In this document: in pieces, positions 1 through 10,419 of the stretch | Numbering within the stretch: position 1 is the stretch's first letter | How the letters are laid out: the number at the start of each line of letters is the position of its first letter | Assembly (NCBI RefSeq): GCF_020745735.1 | Contig: NC_083417.1 | Location: 63,550,001 to 63,614,000 of the forward strand | Direction of reading: 5' to 3' | Length of the DNA stretch: 64,000 nt | Origin: Hemiscyllium ocellatum | Lineage: Eukaryota | Translations under genes and position numbers: made by a program | Notes under the pieces: model-generated | Database searches by the model: none | Told to the model about the DNA's origin: nothing | Seen by the model: the letters and a program-made list of their open reading frames with translations, nothing else

Positions 1-189
1 ATGAGATAGTGATTCACAGCCTGGACAGAAGGAAGATATATTGGTACCTCCTGGGTGTCTTGAGACGCAATGGTATTCCTATCTCTAAACCAGTGGACCA
101 AAGTTTACTACAAGCCGCAGAGGTGTGTAATACCATCTCTCACCATTGGTGAGAGCTTGGGTAGGACATGGCAGACCTCTGCAAATCAT

Positions 190-2010
190 AAACCCAAACA
201 CAAATTGCTGGAAAAGAACAGCAGTTCTGGCTGCATCTGTGGAGAGAAATCAGAGTTAACATTTTGACTTGAGTGATGCTTTGTCAGAATTGATGGTAGC
301 TAGGAAGAAATTGGTTTTATGCAGAAGATAGGGTGGCAGAGGGGGTTAAGGAGTAAACAATCAGTGGGGATAGCCCAAAGAAAGACAAAAGAACAGTTAG
401 GCAAAGGACTGGATAACTCTGGCTAGGTAAGTGAATAGCTATTAATGGGGAATGTGTCATCGCAGACTATGTAATAACCAGACCTGGTATATGGGAGTTG
501 GGTTAAGGACATAGGAGAGCTCAAGCCCTAAAGGTCCGTAAAGGTATTGAATGCTACATTGAGTACAGAAGGCTGCACGCTCCCCAAGTGGAAACTGAGA
601 TGCTGAGCATAGCTGGAGCATGAAGCAAGCCTGAGACAGAGATGTTGGCCAGGGACCAGGGTGTTATGTTGAAATGGCAGGTAACTGGAAGCTCAGGGTC
701 TTTTTTTTGCAGACAGGACCTAGGTGTTCTATGAAGTGTTCACCCAGTCTACCCCAGTGTGGAAGAGACCACATTGTGAACAGTGAATGCAGTAGACTAG
801 AGTGTGTGAAGTGCAAGTAAAGTGCTGCTTCACCTGGAATGTATGTTTGGGTTCTTGGATACTAAGGAGGGGAGAAGTAAATGGACAAGTGTTTCACTTT
901 CTATGATTGCAAGGCAAGGTGCCATGAAGCTTTGGAAGTATATTGAGAATGAAGGAAGAGTGGAACAGGGTGTCACAAAGGAGATGGTCCCTGCAAGAAG
1001 GCTGGCAAGAGAGGGGAAGGAACATGTCGTGGCATCTCACTGGAGGTGGTGGAAACAGTGGTTAATAATCCTCTGGATGTGTATGCTGGTGGGATGGTAG
1101 GTGAGGACAAGGGGACCCTATTGGTATTGTGGAAAAGAGAGGGGGTAAAGGCCAAAGTGCAGGAGATGGGTTGGACCCTGATGGTGCTGAGCAATCCTTG
1201 GTTGAGGAAGAAAGCAGACATTTCAGAAGCTCCCTTGCTGAAGTTGGCACTTTGGAACAGGTATAATAGAGATCAAAGAACTGGGAGAATGGAATGGAGG
1301 ATCTGTATAAAGTAGGATGTGTGGAGGTATAGTCAAGGTAACTGTGGTTTATAGTGGATGTTTGTGGCCAGTCTATCCTTAGAAATGGAAGCAGACAAAT
1401 TGAGGAACAGAAGGGAGGAGTACAAGGTGGGCCAGGTGAGGGTAACAGCAGAGTGGAAATTGGAATCAAAATTGAGAAACTTTTCAAATTCCAGTTGAGA
1501 GGAGGAAGCAGCACTGATGATATCATCAACATACTGGAAAAAAATATTGTGGGTTGGGGCTGGGACAGGACTGGAACAAGAACTGTTTCATGTATCCCAC
1601 AAAAAAGACCAGCATAACAAGCAGGTACGCATGGCCACCCCTCTAACCTGAAAACAAAAGTGAATGGAGTTAAAAGAAAAATTGTTCAGGGTGAGGACGA
1701 GCTTAGCCAGGCAGAACAGGCTAGTGTGGATGGGGACAGTTCAGGCCTTTGTTCATGAAAAACAGAGAACATCCTGGTGGAGGATGGATGTATAAACAGA
1801 TTGCACGTCCATGGTAAAGAGAAGGCAGCTAGAGCCTGCAAACTGGAAATTCTGAAACTGGTGTAAAGTGTCAGAAAAGTCACGGATGTCAGTGGGAAAA
1901 TTGTGTTTAGGTGAGTACTGCAGGGCTCCTCCAGAGAAGTGTCAGTGCAGTAAAAGTATTCCTTGAAGTACCTAGTGGTTTACTTAGCATGTTTATTCTA
2001 AAAGTATTGT
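190..2010 (-). mobile_element. Degraded Penelope-like retroelement (RT C-terminal region and pLTR)
   Basis: Minus ORF 1062..1532 contains NHSYLDYTSTHP..SIPFSQF, the same RT C-terminal motif as the better-preserved copy at 5597-7040; pLTR-type sequence at 195-290. Boundaries approximate. Confidence 0.75.
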
Positions 2011-2179
2011 TTAATACTGTTGATACGTATTTGCATTGCATGCTGGAATCAAGAGACGGGTCATCATTAGATTGCCTGCTTTCACCAGTAGTCATACTTT
2101 GGTTTGATCTCTGGATGTGGATCTCTGGTGGCCTAAGTGCTGAACCTGCTTCTATCTGGTAAGAAATAATTTTATGTAT

Positions 2180-2480
2180 CACCTTCCCCTGGCATTATGG
2201 GTATCAGGCACCACTCTTGCACAGCAATTGAAGACAAATTAGGAGATATTCAAGATATTACCTGCTTTTTTTTTCAGGAAGGATCCTGATGTATAACATT
2301 CATGGTCATGGCCAATGACAATATCTTCTATGTCTGCTCTGAGGTTTCTGGCCTACTCAACGGAGGCACCTGATTGCCGTCAGCTCCTCCTTGAAAAAAT
2401 GGAGACATTGTACACACTCTTCCTCAGTGACATTGAATTAAGAAAAGTGCTCTCTAAAGATGAGGTGGACTTCTCCATCT
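2180..2480 (-). mobile_element. Harbinger/PIF transposase (HARBI1-like) N-terminal relic
   Basis: Hand translation of the minus strand through stops and frameshifts gives IFREHFS*FNVTEEECVQCLHFFKEELTAI ... AMTMN.YTSGSFL...AGNILNIS*FVFNCCARVVPD. This resembles the HARBI1-type N-terminus as I recall it (FRxxFSYLxLSEEQC..RLRF.KE; VALNFYASGSFQ...GDICNISQ...HCCIREVTD). Confidence 0.7.
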
Positions 2481-3299
2481 CCTCCTTCATCTGTTTCTTC
2501 AAGCATCTTATCCTCCTCTGTGCCATTTCTGCTGATTCTCCTGTTATATCAGAAGCACATTGTCAAAACAGAACTCTTGAAGTGAGAACCAAGGGCTTCA
2601 CCATGTTGCACCAATTTTAAGTAACAGTGTAACTACGAACCAGTTCTACTAACTCAGTGACAATTCAAAGATTCAGTCAGAAATTAGTGTCAGCATAGTT
2701 GATTCCTTTGAATGTTGCAGTTTGTAGATTCTATTCTTCAATATACGTTTGACTCTGTGAGGTCAAGAATATAATGAAGTCTTGAGATCAGAAATGATGC
2801 TTGGTGCTGTTTGTTGCCAGAATCTATCTATCTATAAAAACTTTTGCTGATGACATCACCAAAATGGTGTTTGACATGGGCTTGAGTGTAACAACATGTG
2901 TCTCACCAAAGGGCACACATGGCATTGAGGGGGGAAGAATCACAGTTGAATTTTGTAGCCATTTTCATTGAATAAAATGGTAAACCAGAGCTACATTTAC
3001 CTTCTTAGGATCCTGTCATCATATTCAAGGGAAGGGAGTTGTCCCCACATCTTGGTCAATATTTAAGCCTCAACTATCCAACTCCATCAAAAATAGGTTA
3101 TTGGGTCATCTATGTCATTAGTGGAGTAGGACATTGCTGTATTTAAAGTACTTTGCAGTGTCTTCAAGATGCCAAACATGGCACATTTTTTAATGTTTTT
3201 GCATAACATGCTATGAACAACATGCTGACCTTCAGATTAATTTAAAAATCAATTGGTTGATTTGGTTGAAGGATTATTGTGCCTTTTGGATATCTATGG

Positions 3300-4500
3300 G
3301 CTAAGATGGACCAATCACTTTTATTGGTATTTACCTTGAATCTTGATCAAGTGGGTCAATGGGCTGAGGAGTCGCAGCTGAAGTTTAATTTCAATAAATG
3401 TGAAGTGCTGCATTTTGGAAAGGCAAATCAGGGCAGGACTTTTCAACATAATTGCAAGGTCTGAGGGAGTGTTGCTCAACAAAGAGACCTTGAGTGAAGG
3501 TTCATAGTTCTTTGAAAGTGGAGTCAAAGGTAGATAAGATAGTGAAGAAGCATTTGTTGTGCTTTCCTTTATTGGTCAGTGCATTGAGTAAAGGAGTTGA
3601 GAAGTAATGTTGCAGCTCTAAAGGACATTGGTTAGGCCACTTTTGGAATATTGTGTACAATTCCGGTCTCCCTGTTATAGCAAGGATGTTGTGAAACTTG
3701 AAGGGGTTCAAAAAAAAATTTACGAGGATATTGCCAGGGTTGGAAGGTTTGAGGTACGTGGAGAGGCTGAATAGGCTGGGGCAATTTTACCTGGACTCTT
3801 GGAGGCTTAGGGGTGACCTCACAAAGGTTTGTAAAATCATGCAGGACATGGATAGGGTAAATGGACAAGGCATTTTCCTTGGTCTGAGGGAGGCTAGGAC
3901 TAGAAGGCATAGGTTTAAGGTGAGAGGGGAAAGATTTACAAGGGACCTAAGGGACAACATTTTTATGGAGAGGGTTTTGCAAGTATGGAATGAGCTGCTG
4001 GAGAAACTGGTGGAGGTTGGTACAATTACAACATTTTGGGCGGCACGGTGGCACAGTGGTTAGCACTGCTGCCTCACAGCGCCTGTAGACCTGGGTTCAA
4101 TTCCCGACTCAGGCGACTGACTGTGTGGAGTTTGCACGTTCTCCCCGTGTCTGCGTGGGTTTCCTCCGGGTGCTCCGGTTTCCTCCCACAGTCACAAAGA
4201 TGTGCGGGTCAGGTGAATCGGCCAAGCTAAATTGTCCGTAGTGTTAGGTAAGGGGTAAATGTAGGGGTATGGGTGGGTTGCGCTTCGGCGGGTCGGTGTG
4301 GACTTGTTGGGCCGAAGGGCCTGTTTCCACACTGTAAGTCTAATAAAAAAAAATTTAAAAAGCATCTGGATGGGTATATGAATGGGAAGGGTTTAGAGGG
4401 ATATGGGCCAAGTGCTGGCAAATGGGACCAGATTAGGTTAGGTTATCTGGTCGGCATGGATGAAGTGTTTATTTCTGTGCTGTACATCTTTATGACTCAA
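3300..4500 (+). mobile_element. CR1/HER1-type LINE 3' fragment, interrupted by a SINE
   Basis: KFNFNKCEVLHFG and LEGLRYVERLNRLG...RLRGDL...RTRRHRFKVRGERF motifs; the 3' UTR resumes after the SINE at about 4356. Confidence 0.9.
4038..4353 (+). mobile_element. tRNA-derived V-SINE (HE1 type), near-intact copy
   Basis: GGGCGGCACGGTGGCACAGTGGTTAGC A-box head, GGTTCAATTCC B-box, V-domain core GTGGAGTTTGCACGTTCTCCCCGTGTCTGCGTGGGTTTCC, LINE-like tail and poly(A). Confidence 0.92.
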
Positions 4501-5596
4501 TGAGCAGCATTCCTTATGCCACATCTTTACACTGTAATGCAGCAATCATGTTAGTGGGACCAACAGTTCCATGAGAGAGACATTTTGATTTGGTGCTTTG
4601 TACTGGGAATTAAATTACGATTGCACAATTTAATTTCACAAATTATTCTTATAGTTAATGACATGATACTATGTTTACCCTTTTAACTCATGAAACTTGA
4701 AACAGTACTTAAAACCAATTTTGCACCTATTCCACACCACAGTTGCTCCTTTCCAAGTAATTTTGATGGAAACCCCACCTCCCTTACTGTAGCTTTAACT
4801 TCAGACTGTGTTGAGATTGTCTATTGTCTATAACTTCAGACTGCGTTGAGATACTCTGACGTAAGGGCAATGTGTTTTATTTTCATTGTTGTCTTCTGGA
4901 CCTATGTTTTGATTATGTTTGGCTGTTGGACGGTTTTTACACCCTTTTAAATTGTCCTAAGCTTTTCTTTCCATCTGTTTTCTCCATTTCTCTGGAGAAT
5001 AGTTGTCTTTTGTTGGCAGAGGAAGATTTGAATACAGTGTTATTTAATCATCAATATTGCTTTTTGTGATGGAGGCTACTGTGGGCACTTTTCGCCACGC
5101 TGAAGACATTTCCTTCCTCCTACAAATTGACCTTTGAAGGCAAATGCTGACTGAGCAATGCCTAATAGCCTGTCAGAATTCTCTTGGCTGTCTTGGCATA
5201 ACACGCAATTTATAGCGATGGAACAGGTCATTTCATCCAAAGATCAGTGCTGTACATATATCTCCTCACATTACTTCATCTCACCGTCGTCAAATCTTTC
5301 TTCTCTGTCATCCTTAAGTAGTTTCATCATGAACCTTTTAAAATAAATTATTTAAGTAGTAAGATTTGCTAACTTTGGTTAAATCCATTCCAGTAGGCTT
5401 CATCATGTAATTTTCAACCACTAAAAAAGCCTAATTTTCCCTTTTGCAATTTTTTAAAAAGATATGATGATGAAAATTGGGAAAGAAACTTTTTTTTGCC
5501 TAGCCGTCTCTTTTGGCAGTACTCAGGAAATATTTCTTCAATTAATGAAGTACTTCAGACCAACCTAGGAGAGTTGGAAACTCTCAGCTATGGGGT

Positions 5597-7040
5597 AAAA
5601 ACAATGACTGCAGATGCTGGAAACCAGAGTCTGGATTAGTGGTGCTGGAAGAGCACAGCAGTTCAGGCAGCATCCAAAGTGCAGCTAAATCGACATTTCG
5701 GGCAAAAGCCCTTCAGGAATAAAGGCAGTGAACCTGAAGCGTGGAGAGATAAGCTAGAGGTGGGTGTGGGTGGGGAGAAAGTAGCATAGAGTACAATGGG
5801 TGAGTGGGGAAGGGGATGAAGGTGATAGGTCAGGGAGGAGAGCGTGGAATGGATAGGTGGAAAAGGAGATAGGCAGGTAGCGCAAGTCCGGACAAGTCAT
5901 GGGGACAGTGCTGAGCTGGAAGTTTGGAACTAGGATGAGGTGGGGGAAGCGGAAATGAGGAAACTGTTGAGTCCACATTGATGCCCTGGGATTGAAGTGT
6001 TCCAAGGTGGAAGATGAGGCGTTCTTCCTCCAGGGGTCTGGTGGTGAGGGAGTGGCAGTGAAGGAGGCCCACGACCTCCATGTCCTTGGCAGAGTGAGAG
6101 GGAGAGTTGAAATGTTGGGCCACGGGGTGGTGTGGTTGATTGGTGCGGGTGTCCTGGAGATGTTCCCTAAAGCGCTCTGCCAGGAGGTGCCCAGTGTCCC
6201 CAATGTAGAGGAGACCGCATTGGGAGCAACAGATATAATAAATTATATTAGTGGATGTACAGGTGAAACTTTGATGGATGTGGAAGGCTCCTTTAGGGCC
6301 TTGGATAGAGATGAGGGAGGAGGTATGGGCACTGGTTTCACAGATCCTGTGGTGGCAAGGGGAAAGTACCAGGATGGGAGGGTGGGTTGTAGGGGAGCGG
6401 GGGCGTGGGCGTGGACCTGACCAGGTAGTCATGGAGGAAACGGTCTTTGCGGAAGGCGGAAAGGGGTGGGGAGGGAAACATATCCCTGGTGGTGGGGTCT
6501 TTTTGGAGGTGACAGAAATGTCAGTGGTTGATTTGGTTTATGCGAAGGTTTGTAGGGTGGAAGGTGAGCACCAGGGGTGTTCTGTCCTTGTTACAGTTGG
6601 AGGGGTGGGGTCGGAGGTGCGGGATGTGGACGAGATGCGTTGGAGCACATCTTTAACCACGTGGGAAGGGAAATTGCGGTCTCTAAAGAAGGTGGCCATC
6701 TGGTGTGTTCTATAGTGGAACTGGTCCTCCTGGGAGCAGATACGGTAGAGGCAGAGGAATTGGGAATACGGGATGGCATTTTTGCAAGAGGTAGGGTGGG
6801 AAGAGGTGTAATCCAGGTAGCTGTGGGAGTCGGGTTTGTAAAAAAATGTCAGTGTCAAGTCGGTCGTCATTAATGGAGATGGAGAGGTCCAGGAAGGGGA
6901 GGGAGGTGTCAGAGGTGGTCCAGGTAAGTTTAAGGTCAGGGTGGAATGTGTTGGTGAAGTTGATGAATTGCTGAACCTCCTCGCGGGAGCACGAGGTGGC
7001 GCCAATGCAGTCATCAATGTAGCAGAGGAAGAGGTGGGGA
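5597..7040 (-). mobile_element. Penelope-like element: RT C-terminus plus GIY-YIG endonuclease, 5'-truncated
   Basis: ORF 6538..7017 has DSHSYLDYTSSHPTSCKNAIPYSQFL. ORF 5830..6432 has NIIYYICCSQCGLLYIGDTGHLLAERFREH..HPVAQHFNSPSH (GIY-YIG). pLTR at 5597-5750. Confidence 0.92.
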
Positions 7041-7089
7041 ACTCTCAGCTATTCCCATTTTACTACTGGACTGTCTTGGTTAAGAAAGA

Positions 7090-7290
7090 CTTGGATGCTG
7101 GAAGGCTGAAGGTCAAAGGCGATAATAAGGACTGCAGATGCTGAAAGTCAGAAAAGATAAAATGTGGGGCTGGAAGAGCACAGCTGGGGAGTCCTGATGA
7201 AGGGTCCAGACCTGAAACGTCGACTTTGCTGCTCCTTCAATGCTGTCTGACGTCCTGTGCTCTTCCAGCTCCACATTTTATCGACTCTAA
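7090..7290. mobile_element. Short Penelope pLTR-derived palindromic element
   Basis: GACTGCAGATGCTG and GCTGGAAGAGCACAG arm mirrored by CTGTGCTCTTCCAGCTCCACATTTT; carries the hammerhead-like core at 7189-7226. Confidence 0.75.
7189..7226 (+). ncRNA. Minimal type I hammerhead-ribozyme-like motif within pLTR
   Basis: GAGTC-CTGATGA-A-GGGT-CCAG-ACCT-GAAAC-GTC-GACTT: core boxes, stem II, GUC triplet and 5-bp helix I. There is one extra A before stem II. Activity untested. Confidence 0.65.
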
Positions 7291-8425
7291 AAACAAACGG
7301 AGACAGGAGTAGGATTCGAACATTCTGTCCTAACGTACACTCAGCAGGGTCTGATAAGCTCAACATCACCCTCGGAGTAGCACAAAAATTGAAAAGGAAA
7401 ATGCAGTTGCTGGATAATTGAAAAAGAATGGAAATTGCATGAGATAATGGAGACGTGGGTGAGGATCTAGGAAGAAAAGGCCAGTTTAATGTTTGTCCTC
7501 TTATTTCACCGCTTCGTTTTACTGCGATTGTTTGAAAATTGTTGTCAGACCTTTGAAATCCTGTATTGTAATTGTTAATCGTGGTACATTTTGTTATGGT
7601 TCTCTCACACTGAACACTTTGAAAGAGAGTTCTCTTCCGGTTCAGTTTCAGTGACACTGTTTCCGAACGCTTGTGCTTATTGACCGGCGCGCTTTTTATT
7701 TCAAGCAGCTCCCGTCCTTGTATCAAACAACTTTTGTGAAGGTTGAGGCGTCACCTGATTAATTATTAAAATCAGTAAGATTAAGACTACTTCGGAAGAT
7801 ATTGTTGCTTGTGGGGGCGAGCTGGTCTAGAGGGCGTAAATATGAGACCCTGAATGCTTAATCCGACAGGTAACTCAAGAGTGCAGTATGGCACTCCCGA
7901 CCACAGAGTAGTCGAGGCGAAAAGAATGGGTACATTTTAAACAGAAAGCTATTTAACTGTATGAAGGAAAATCTAAGAGAATTTTACGTCAATAGATTTG
8001 GAAGGTTTGCGAGGACAGGGAATGTAAAAGATGGCGAGCAATATGCTTAAGTAGTAACATTCCTGAACTACCCTACTGAGGGAATTATTTCTCTTTCAGT
8101 GAGCAAATGAAACCAATTCTCCTTTTGGTTTGCGGCAGGTTGGTGAGAGAGGGAAACGGGAGTGTGCATGTTTTGCGAGGACCACTTTTAACCCTCCGCC
8201 CTGAGAGAGCTGGGGGCGAAATAGCACAGGGTGAGATGGCGTTCGCAGACAAAGTTAGGAGGAATTGAAGAAGCGCCAAATTGGGTGAGAGTGGGAGTAC
8301 TCTAGTGCGTGTAGGTTCTGTGCAGCATTAACTGTGAAAGTCTGCTGTTTGGGGGAGTAGGCACAGCACACTCTCGAGCAGAGGTAACTGGCTGGACAAC
8401 ACAGTTCGCGACCTCACCTTTCTCA

Positions 8426-9361
8426 AAGTTAAAAATCACACAACACCAGGTTATAGTCCAACAGGTTTAATTGGAAGCACACTAGCTTTCGGAGCGACGC
8501 TTCTTCATCAGGTGATTGTGGAGGGCTCGATGCTAACACAGAATTTATAGCAAAATTTGCAGTGTGATGTAACTGAAATTATACATTAAAAAAATGATTG
8601 TCTGTTAAGCCTTGCATCTGTTAGAATACAGTGATAGTTTCACTTCTTTCATGTGTAAATCACAAAACCTTCTTTTTAAAAGTTGCATTCTCGAGTTAGC
8701 TGTTAACAATGGTGATAGCTGGACAATATGTTGAAGGTGTTGGCCCCTGTGTTCTGTCTATGCCATGATGTTTACATTGATTCTAGTCTAAAAAGTGAGA
8801 TGACAGAGTTTTACATAAATTCATGCAGTTTTTGAGCTCAGAGTTACTTGTACTTGCAGAGTTACATTGTACTTTGCTCAAAAACGGCATGCATTCATGT
8901 AGAACTTTGAGCTAAAAATTGTGTGAATTTATGTCAAACTCTGTGATCTCACTTTTTAGATGAGAATCAATCTAAACATCATGGCATAGACAGAGAACAC
9001 AGGGGCCAACACCTTCAACATATTGTCTAGCTCTCACCCATTGTTAACAGCTAACCCGAGAATGCTACTTTTTTAAAAAAAGGTTTTGTAATTTACACAT
9101 GAAAGAAGTGAAACTATCACTGTATTCTAACAGATGAAAGGCTTAACAGACAATCAATTTTTTAATGTATAATTTCAGTTACATCACACTGTAAATTTTT
9201 GCTACAAATTCTGTTAGGATCGAGCCCTCCACAATCACCTGATGAAGGAGCGTCGCTCCGAAAGCTAGTGTGCTTCCAATTAAACCTGTTGGACTATAAC
9301 CTGGCGTTGTGTGATTTTTAACTTTGTACACCCCAGTCCAAAACCGGCATCTCCAAATCAT
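8426..9361. mobile_element. Head-to-head (palindromic) Penelope-derived insertion with 11-12 bp TSD
   Basis: 8424-8846 is the near-perfect reverse complement of 8901-9326. The identical 12-mer TCACCTTTCTCA occurs at 8414-8425 and 9361-9372. Confidence 0.88.
9236..9270 (+). ncRNA. Minimal hammerhead-ribozyme-like motif in the right arm of the palindromic insertion
   Basis: CAC-CTGATGA-A-GGAGC-GTC-GCTCC-GAAA-G-CTA-GTG: perfect 5-bp stem II and 3-bp helix I. The mirror copy on the minus strand near 8480-8515 has a stem II mismatch. Confidence 0.55.
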
Positions 9362-9676
9362 CACCTTTCTCAGACCACCCCACAGACACCTTTTGCCGTC
9401 TCGCATGGACGTGACCTTTGATTTCTGCTTCAGATAAAGTGTTCAACGCTTGGTACGAAACGAAACCGCCGTTATTTCTGCTTCCAATATGCACAGTGGT
9501 CTGCAGATCTTGCCTACCAATACAGCATTGAAACCGCAAGATTGCAAGCGTGACAGCGAACGATTGCACTTCACATGAGCTCGAGAGAGTGGAAAGAATA
9601 GTGACCACCCTCTCCCTGTCGTCCCGCTCAAACCAGCCGGGGGGTGCTCTGTTGGAACTCGGCTTCTAATGTCAGT
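9362..9676 (+). promoter_or_regulatory. Putative proximal promoter of the VJ-C1 receptor gene
   Basis: CpG-rich, directly upstream of the leader ATG. Motifs: CCTTTGAT (TCF/LEF, 9415-9422), AGATAA (GATA, 9432-9437), GAAACGAAACC (ISRE-like, 9457-9467), AACCGCA (RUNX, 9532-9538). TSS not determinable. Confidence 0.55.
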
Positions 9677-9731
9677 ATGTCCCGGGGAACAGAACTTCGC
9701 CTCATACTCATCCTGGTCCTTTCTTGCACAG
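9677..9731 (+). CDS. Exon 1: signal peptide MSRGTELRLILILVLSCT
   Basis: ATG with A at -3, hydrophobic core, donor ACAG|GTACGT in phase 1 that joins the V exon in frame (G+TT = Val). Confidence 0.85.
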
Positions 9732-10004
9732 GTACGTGTTTTCAATTCAACTATCGCTATGTTTAAGAAATTATAAGTAATACACGCAAAATAACCAGTA
9801 TACATTTTTTTTCACTTCTCTTGCTATTCATGACTGAAGTTGTTATATGTTATGGAGTTTCTAGCCTTACGGAAGAAGGGATATTTCACCAATCATAAAC
9901 GCCACCGGCGAGCTTTAGTTTCTTTGCTTGCTGATACAACTTTTCCACTCGCCGCCGTCCTCCTGTAAATAAATGTTTTGTGTTTTTTTTTGTTTTTGCA
10001 ACAG

Positions 10005-10307
10005 TTACCGCTGAAGTGAAGCAATTTCTGAGTCCACCCAGTGCGACCGCAGGAGAGACCGTGACTTTTCACTGCTCATTCCCGCTATTCCGAGATATAA
10101 GAAACATCGCGGTGCACTGGTGGAAAGCCGGAGATCGGAAATTCTTGAGCTCGAAACAGGATTCCAGGAGAGTGTTCCAGATTGAGAGCAAAGCCAGTGC
10201 TATTCTGCGCATTAACAACGTGCGTTTTGGAGACGCTGGCGTCTATTATTGCAGGGTGCAGGGTGAATATACTGGAAATGGAACTGGCACACGGCTGAAT
10301 GTAAACG
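10005..10307 (+). CDS. Exon 2: V-set Ig domain with germline-joined J-like G strand
   Basis: Acceptor TTTTTGCAACAG| and donor AACG|GTGAGT. Translation has the B-strand Cys (VTFHC), C-strand Trp (VHWWK), DAGVYYC and the J motif GTGTRLNV (GxGTxLxV). Confidence 0.95.
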
Positions 10308-10419
10308 GTGAGTGATCACCTCCAGCAACATAGAGGCAGTTAGAGGGGCAGGAAAGTTGAAATGAGTGGACGGCTGGGAAAGATAATGCGAATGATTATT
10401 AATTTCTCCCCTGTTAGGG

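Noticed and set aside
4038-4110. tRNA-like A and B boxes
   Set aside because: These are heads of tRNA-derived V-SINEs (also at 14700, 17660, 21720 and 37350), not tRNA genes; there is no full cloverleaf.
4796-4852. 22-bp direct repeat TAACTTCAGACTGYGTTGAGAT with a 13-bp spacer, superficially CRISPR-like
   Set aside because: Only two units, eukaryotic context and no cas genes; a local tandem duplication.
4950-5350. Minus-strand stretch with coding-like patches (SAWRKV, TLYSNL)
   Set aside because: Multiple stops, no splice-consistent exon and no recognisable family.
7148-7726. 192-aa minus-strand ORF next to the CpG region
   Set aside because: Non-ATG start, C-terminal part runs through a Penelope pLTR, no domain signature; likely a chance ORF.
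9492-9530. Perfect RSS heptamer CACAGTG upstream of the leader
   Set aside because: No nonamer at 12 or 23 bp and not adjacent to a coding segment.
10308-10315. V-only soluble form by read-through (…NVNGE*)
   Set aside because: An immediate stop after a consensus GTGAGT donor is expected by chance; no supporting signal.
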